DNA of 64,000 nt from Yuukianura sp. NJ FZ-2021 (taxonomy: Eukaryota): assembly GCA_046563655.1 (NCBI GenBank), contig CM102286.1, positions 2,232,001 to 2,296,000 on the forward strand, in the 5' to 3' direction. Of this stretch, positions 60,601 to 64,000 are shown piece by piece. Under the pieces are notes generated by a model. That model ran no database searches and was not told where the DNA came from. It saw only the letters and a program-made list of their open reading frames with translations. A program made the translations under genes and the position numbers. The first letter of the stretch is position 1; every line of letters begins with the position of its first letter.

Positions 60601-63184
60601 AATCCAATCAGGCAGGGAGAACAGGATGCGGTTGAGAGTCAGAAGCTCCGATTTCAAAAATGGCGGCCAACTTTGAAAATTTGGTAACGAGGAGATCTCG
60701 GTATGTTTGTTCCATGTGATAACTTTGTAGGCTTTTAGATTGTAAACTTTGTACAGACGGAAATTTGTGATTGCAAAAAGTGGTTTCCCACATCTTCGAT
60801 ACTGTGTTTTATTGTGCAAGCTTATTTTCAAAAAAACGGCTGTAGTGGAAAGGGGTGATGAAAAATTGCTGAAAAAAAAACGAAATACTGCGCCTGCGTA
60901 AACTTTTTTTTTCCAACGGCGCCATTCAACAACTCTGACTTTATTCAAAATTTGAGAAATTTCTCAAAATTTTTTGCAAGCTGTAGACATATTAAATGCA
61001 TGTTATCTCAAACGTCACCGAGAGGTAATTGACCTTCACAAAATTTGTCAGAAATCTAACGGTGAAAGCAGATTTGTTTTCTGGAATCATTGATTTTTTT
61101 AAATTTTTTAAAAAATTGAAATTTGTTTTTTTTTTCTGGGCTCGGTTTTAGTCTATCCATGAATTTGAACCGGATTTGAGTGATAATTTTGTCCAGAATG
61201 TTTAGGTTTGTCCAGAAGAGGTCAGTGACCCCCTGCTCCAGGACGTTGTTAAGCACAACTTAGAAGTTGGTTTCCCGTGTGGCCTTGTGTACTTTCCATA
61301 CTTTGTTACTGTGAATGTGAATCCACTTTATTAGGATCTTCCTGTGAAATAACTATGCTGTTGTTATGTTAAGGCTCATGCAACAACCATTCATCTGATT
61401 CCACCAGATGCTTTAACTTCCTTTGGCCTTCCAAGTACCACAATACTTCCAAGTAGCAGGATTGTACAATTGTGTACACCCTGTATACAGTCACAAAGGC
61501 AAAGGAAAGGATCTCAAACCTCAGAGGGAGTTTCAAAATTTCAAAAAATAAAGAAAACTAAAATCTTTCAAGATTTTCAGAAAACCTTGAGATGCAGGTC
61601 AACGTTTAATTCGAATAACTTAAGAAAAGCATAGCTCTGAAGGTCTTCAATTGTTCAATTCAAAATTCAAACTAAAAATTCAGTTCAGTCAAACAAAAAC
61701 TTCAAAATTCGTGAGAACTTCAAATCAAATTTCACTCCAAACATAACCTAATTCAGCTGCCAGATTTAAAACAAAGTTTGTTAAATTCAAAATTAAGTCC
61801 AAAATTTCCAGAACTTTTTGTAAAAAGATTCGAACCTTGAAAGCATGATGAAAAAGTCTGGAAAAAAACAACGCCAGCGCAAACCAGCGTCTTGTGGAAC
61901 TTCTTTTTCTTTCGTGATCTGAACAAAAGGAGAAAACGATTTTCGATTTTTTTTCTTTCAAAACTGCCGCCATGCTCGTTGCTCGTTCTCAGTCTTATGG
62001 ATGGATTTGAATTTTTAGCAGGAGAAAGCGATTTGTTTTAATTTTTTTGGCACGATATGATGGATCGATGGGTGAAGAAGATTCCAAGTACATATTCGGC
62101 AGAACCAAAGAACCAAAAAAAGCTTCTCTTCAGCTTCAGTAGAAAGATGTGCAGTGAATTAGTAATGATTTCGACAGTACTTTTGTTGTTCATATCTTAA
62201 CTTTCTTCACAAGACATAGCTAGAGTCTTTAATAACGTTGTGAAGCAGTGCTGTGAGTTAGCATATAACCTTAAGTTGTGAACATAAAGCTTCTGGTGCA
62301 GCGGGAAGATTCAAAATCGGAATGTATTCCTTTGTGACTCTCCTTTCGTCTTTCCTGTTCGTTGGTTGACTGATTCCGACATTTCGCTTGCAGCTACATA
62401 CTTTTTGTGTTGTAGAGAGCAAAAAGGCTCCAGCAGAGCAACATATTACGATGTACTGTCCTGTTGAATTCAAAATCTGCAAGCATCATGTTCACAAACG
62501 AGGAAAAAATATTTTTGTATAATTTTGTTAGGTTGAACACAAGTTGAAATCATGTTTAGAAATCACAATTTGAGTAGTTTTGTAATTACAGTTTGTAATT
62601 AATCGAAGTACAGTATGAGCAAAGTCAAAAATCAGTCAATAGGACCCAGAGGAAAGCTTTTTACGTAGTAGGATGTTTTTAGAAAAAGTTTTTTGAATTG
62701 ACGCGGGCGGGTTTTTACTAAAAGTAATGGATTAGAGAAGCGAAACCTGAAACCCCGTTGCATCTGTTCTAATGAACCTCTTTTGTTATGTTTTTCAGGC
62801 TGTTACTGCTGTTGCTGCCCAAGTACAAGTACAACATCCTCCTCAACACGGAAAAATTCAAAGGTCACGGTCAAAGGTCACACCAATCAGATCCAACAGG
62901 CAGCTCCCGCTCCAGCATTTCAAGGACTGAGTAACTATGGAAACTTGTTCAATGTGATTCAACAGCAACAGCATCAGTTGCTAGGGGTGGAGAATTGTGG
63001 CCCTATTCAGCCCCACGGCGGTTCCCCCATGGATTCCAGCGCCCCACCACTTTTGCACCACCAACAGCAACAGCAGCGGAAGTGGCTCGGCTCTGTTACC
63101 ACGACACTTCTGACTGAAGGCCTCACTAGTTTCGCTGGTGGACCACAACTGGCCAGCACCTTTGGAAAACGCTACCAAGTTTGA
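51678..63184 (+). CDS. Uncharacterised ~566-aa Q/S/T/P-rich protein, two coding exons (51678-52992, 62799-63184)
   Basis: 444-codon ORF starting GAAAATG, ending at a strong donor AG|GTAAGG (52993); strong acceptor TTTTTCAG| at 62798 joins in phase 1 to the 62783-63184 ORF of similar composition. Compact complex N-terminal segment YYRPLTVDVSVEYELPKEVAPPKGSAPLLIIHP, remainder low complexity. Confidence 0.8.
55425..55457. promoter_or_regulatory. FTZ-F1/ERR-type site next to an hsp27-type ecdysone response element
   Basis: TCAAGGTCA 55425-55433; AGTTCA-A-TGCACT 55445-55457 (IR1). Confidence 0.55.
61023..61231. promoter_or_regulatory. Pair of IR1 ecdysone response elements
   Basis: AGGTAA-T-TGACCT 61023-61035; AGGTCA-G-TGACCC 61219-61231. 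Confidence 0.55.
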
Positions 63185-64000
63185 ATAACATGGGAATCAT
63201 ATGGACACACACAAATAGCGTATAAGCTATGCTAACTGGACGCACATGAGGGGAGAATCGTTCCAAAAGTTTTGAAATCTTATTTCGAAAATAGAAACTA
63301 CTTTTTGAATGTGCGTTGTTCAAAATAGAACAGAAGCAGAGGAGGAAGAGGGGGAAACGGACTGTAAATAGACTTGAATAAATCGATGATATTTTTTAGG
63401 ATTTTGTGACGTTCGTCGTCACAATTGGTTCCCTGCTGCCACACTACACGCTTCCAGCCTCCTTTCATTCATTTCCTAACTTATTCCAGCGCATACTGTC
63501 CCATTATGTTGCAAAAACTGTTTTCAAAATGCATTTTCAAAAAAAGTTTTTGTTAAAAACAAGAATTTTGTATACACGCTGAAAAATGTGTCCTCTTCAA
63601 TTCTTCGATTGCAATTCTCCGTAATTTACACTTCGAATTAACTGTTTTGTGCTTTGTGTAGTTTATCTGTTAATTTATTTTTAAGTCCAAAATCAACTAA
63701 AATTTGTAGTTTTTGGGGTAAAAATTGTAAAAGTGCCAGCCAATTTTTTGAAAATTCTTTGGAGGAGTAATACATATAAAAATAAGACTGAAATTTTGCT
63801 TAAGTAAGATTCGTGTTACACGAAAATAGAAAAAGAACATGGGTTTCCAGGATGTAACTTTAGGCTGTAATTACTTAACATGGGTTCCTCTGTTAACTTT
63901 TAGCTTGTAATTCACTTTAATTGTTCACAATTTTGTTGTTCAGTTTACATGTAACAATCACTGCCTAGATATTCTACTTTAAACATGGCAAAAGACTTTT

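Noticed and set aside
63160..63184. FGKR amidation/dibasic cleavage-like site
   Set aside because: The protein has no signal peptide or repeated peptide units, so it is not a neuropeptide precursor.

Overview
Eukaryotic, AT-rich, compact-intron (mostly 60-90 nt) genomic DNA from an arthropod-type animal; the bantam sequence and RAPYIP-type HIF-alpha point to a non-Drosophilid arthropod, but the species cannot be determined from sequence. In order: a HIF-alpha (sima-like) gene (+); seipin (-), whose first coding intron is almost entirely a 1.1-kb palindromic element; MRCK/gek kinase (+); ARID4/RBBP1 (+, cut by a 100-N gap); the 3' part of GNPAT (+); a ~15-kb non-coding region containing an intact bantam pre-miRNA hairpin with TEAD/Scalloped- and Brinker-type motifs; and a two-coding-exon, ~566-aa uncharacterised low-complexity gene (+). 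That gene's 9.8-kb intron carries canonical ecdysone response elements, and its product has a DSGxxS degron, a Cys cluster and a YQV C-terminus. At least seven MITE/foldback elements are present. Most notable points: the HIF C-terminal activation domain lacks the FIH-target Asn; the giant intronic hairpin carries four perfect DR4 nuclear-receptor sites; the bantam + EcRE-rich unknown gene may form a module; there are two GC-AG introns and two apparent 1-nt frameshifts (likely assembly errors). All gene models are manual reads of splice signals and reading frame, not supported by expression data.
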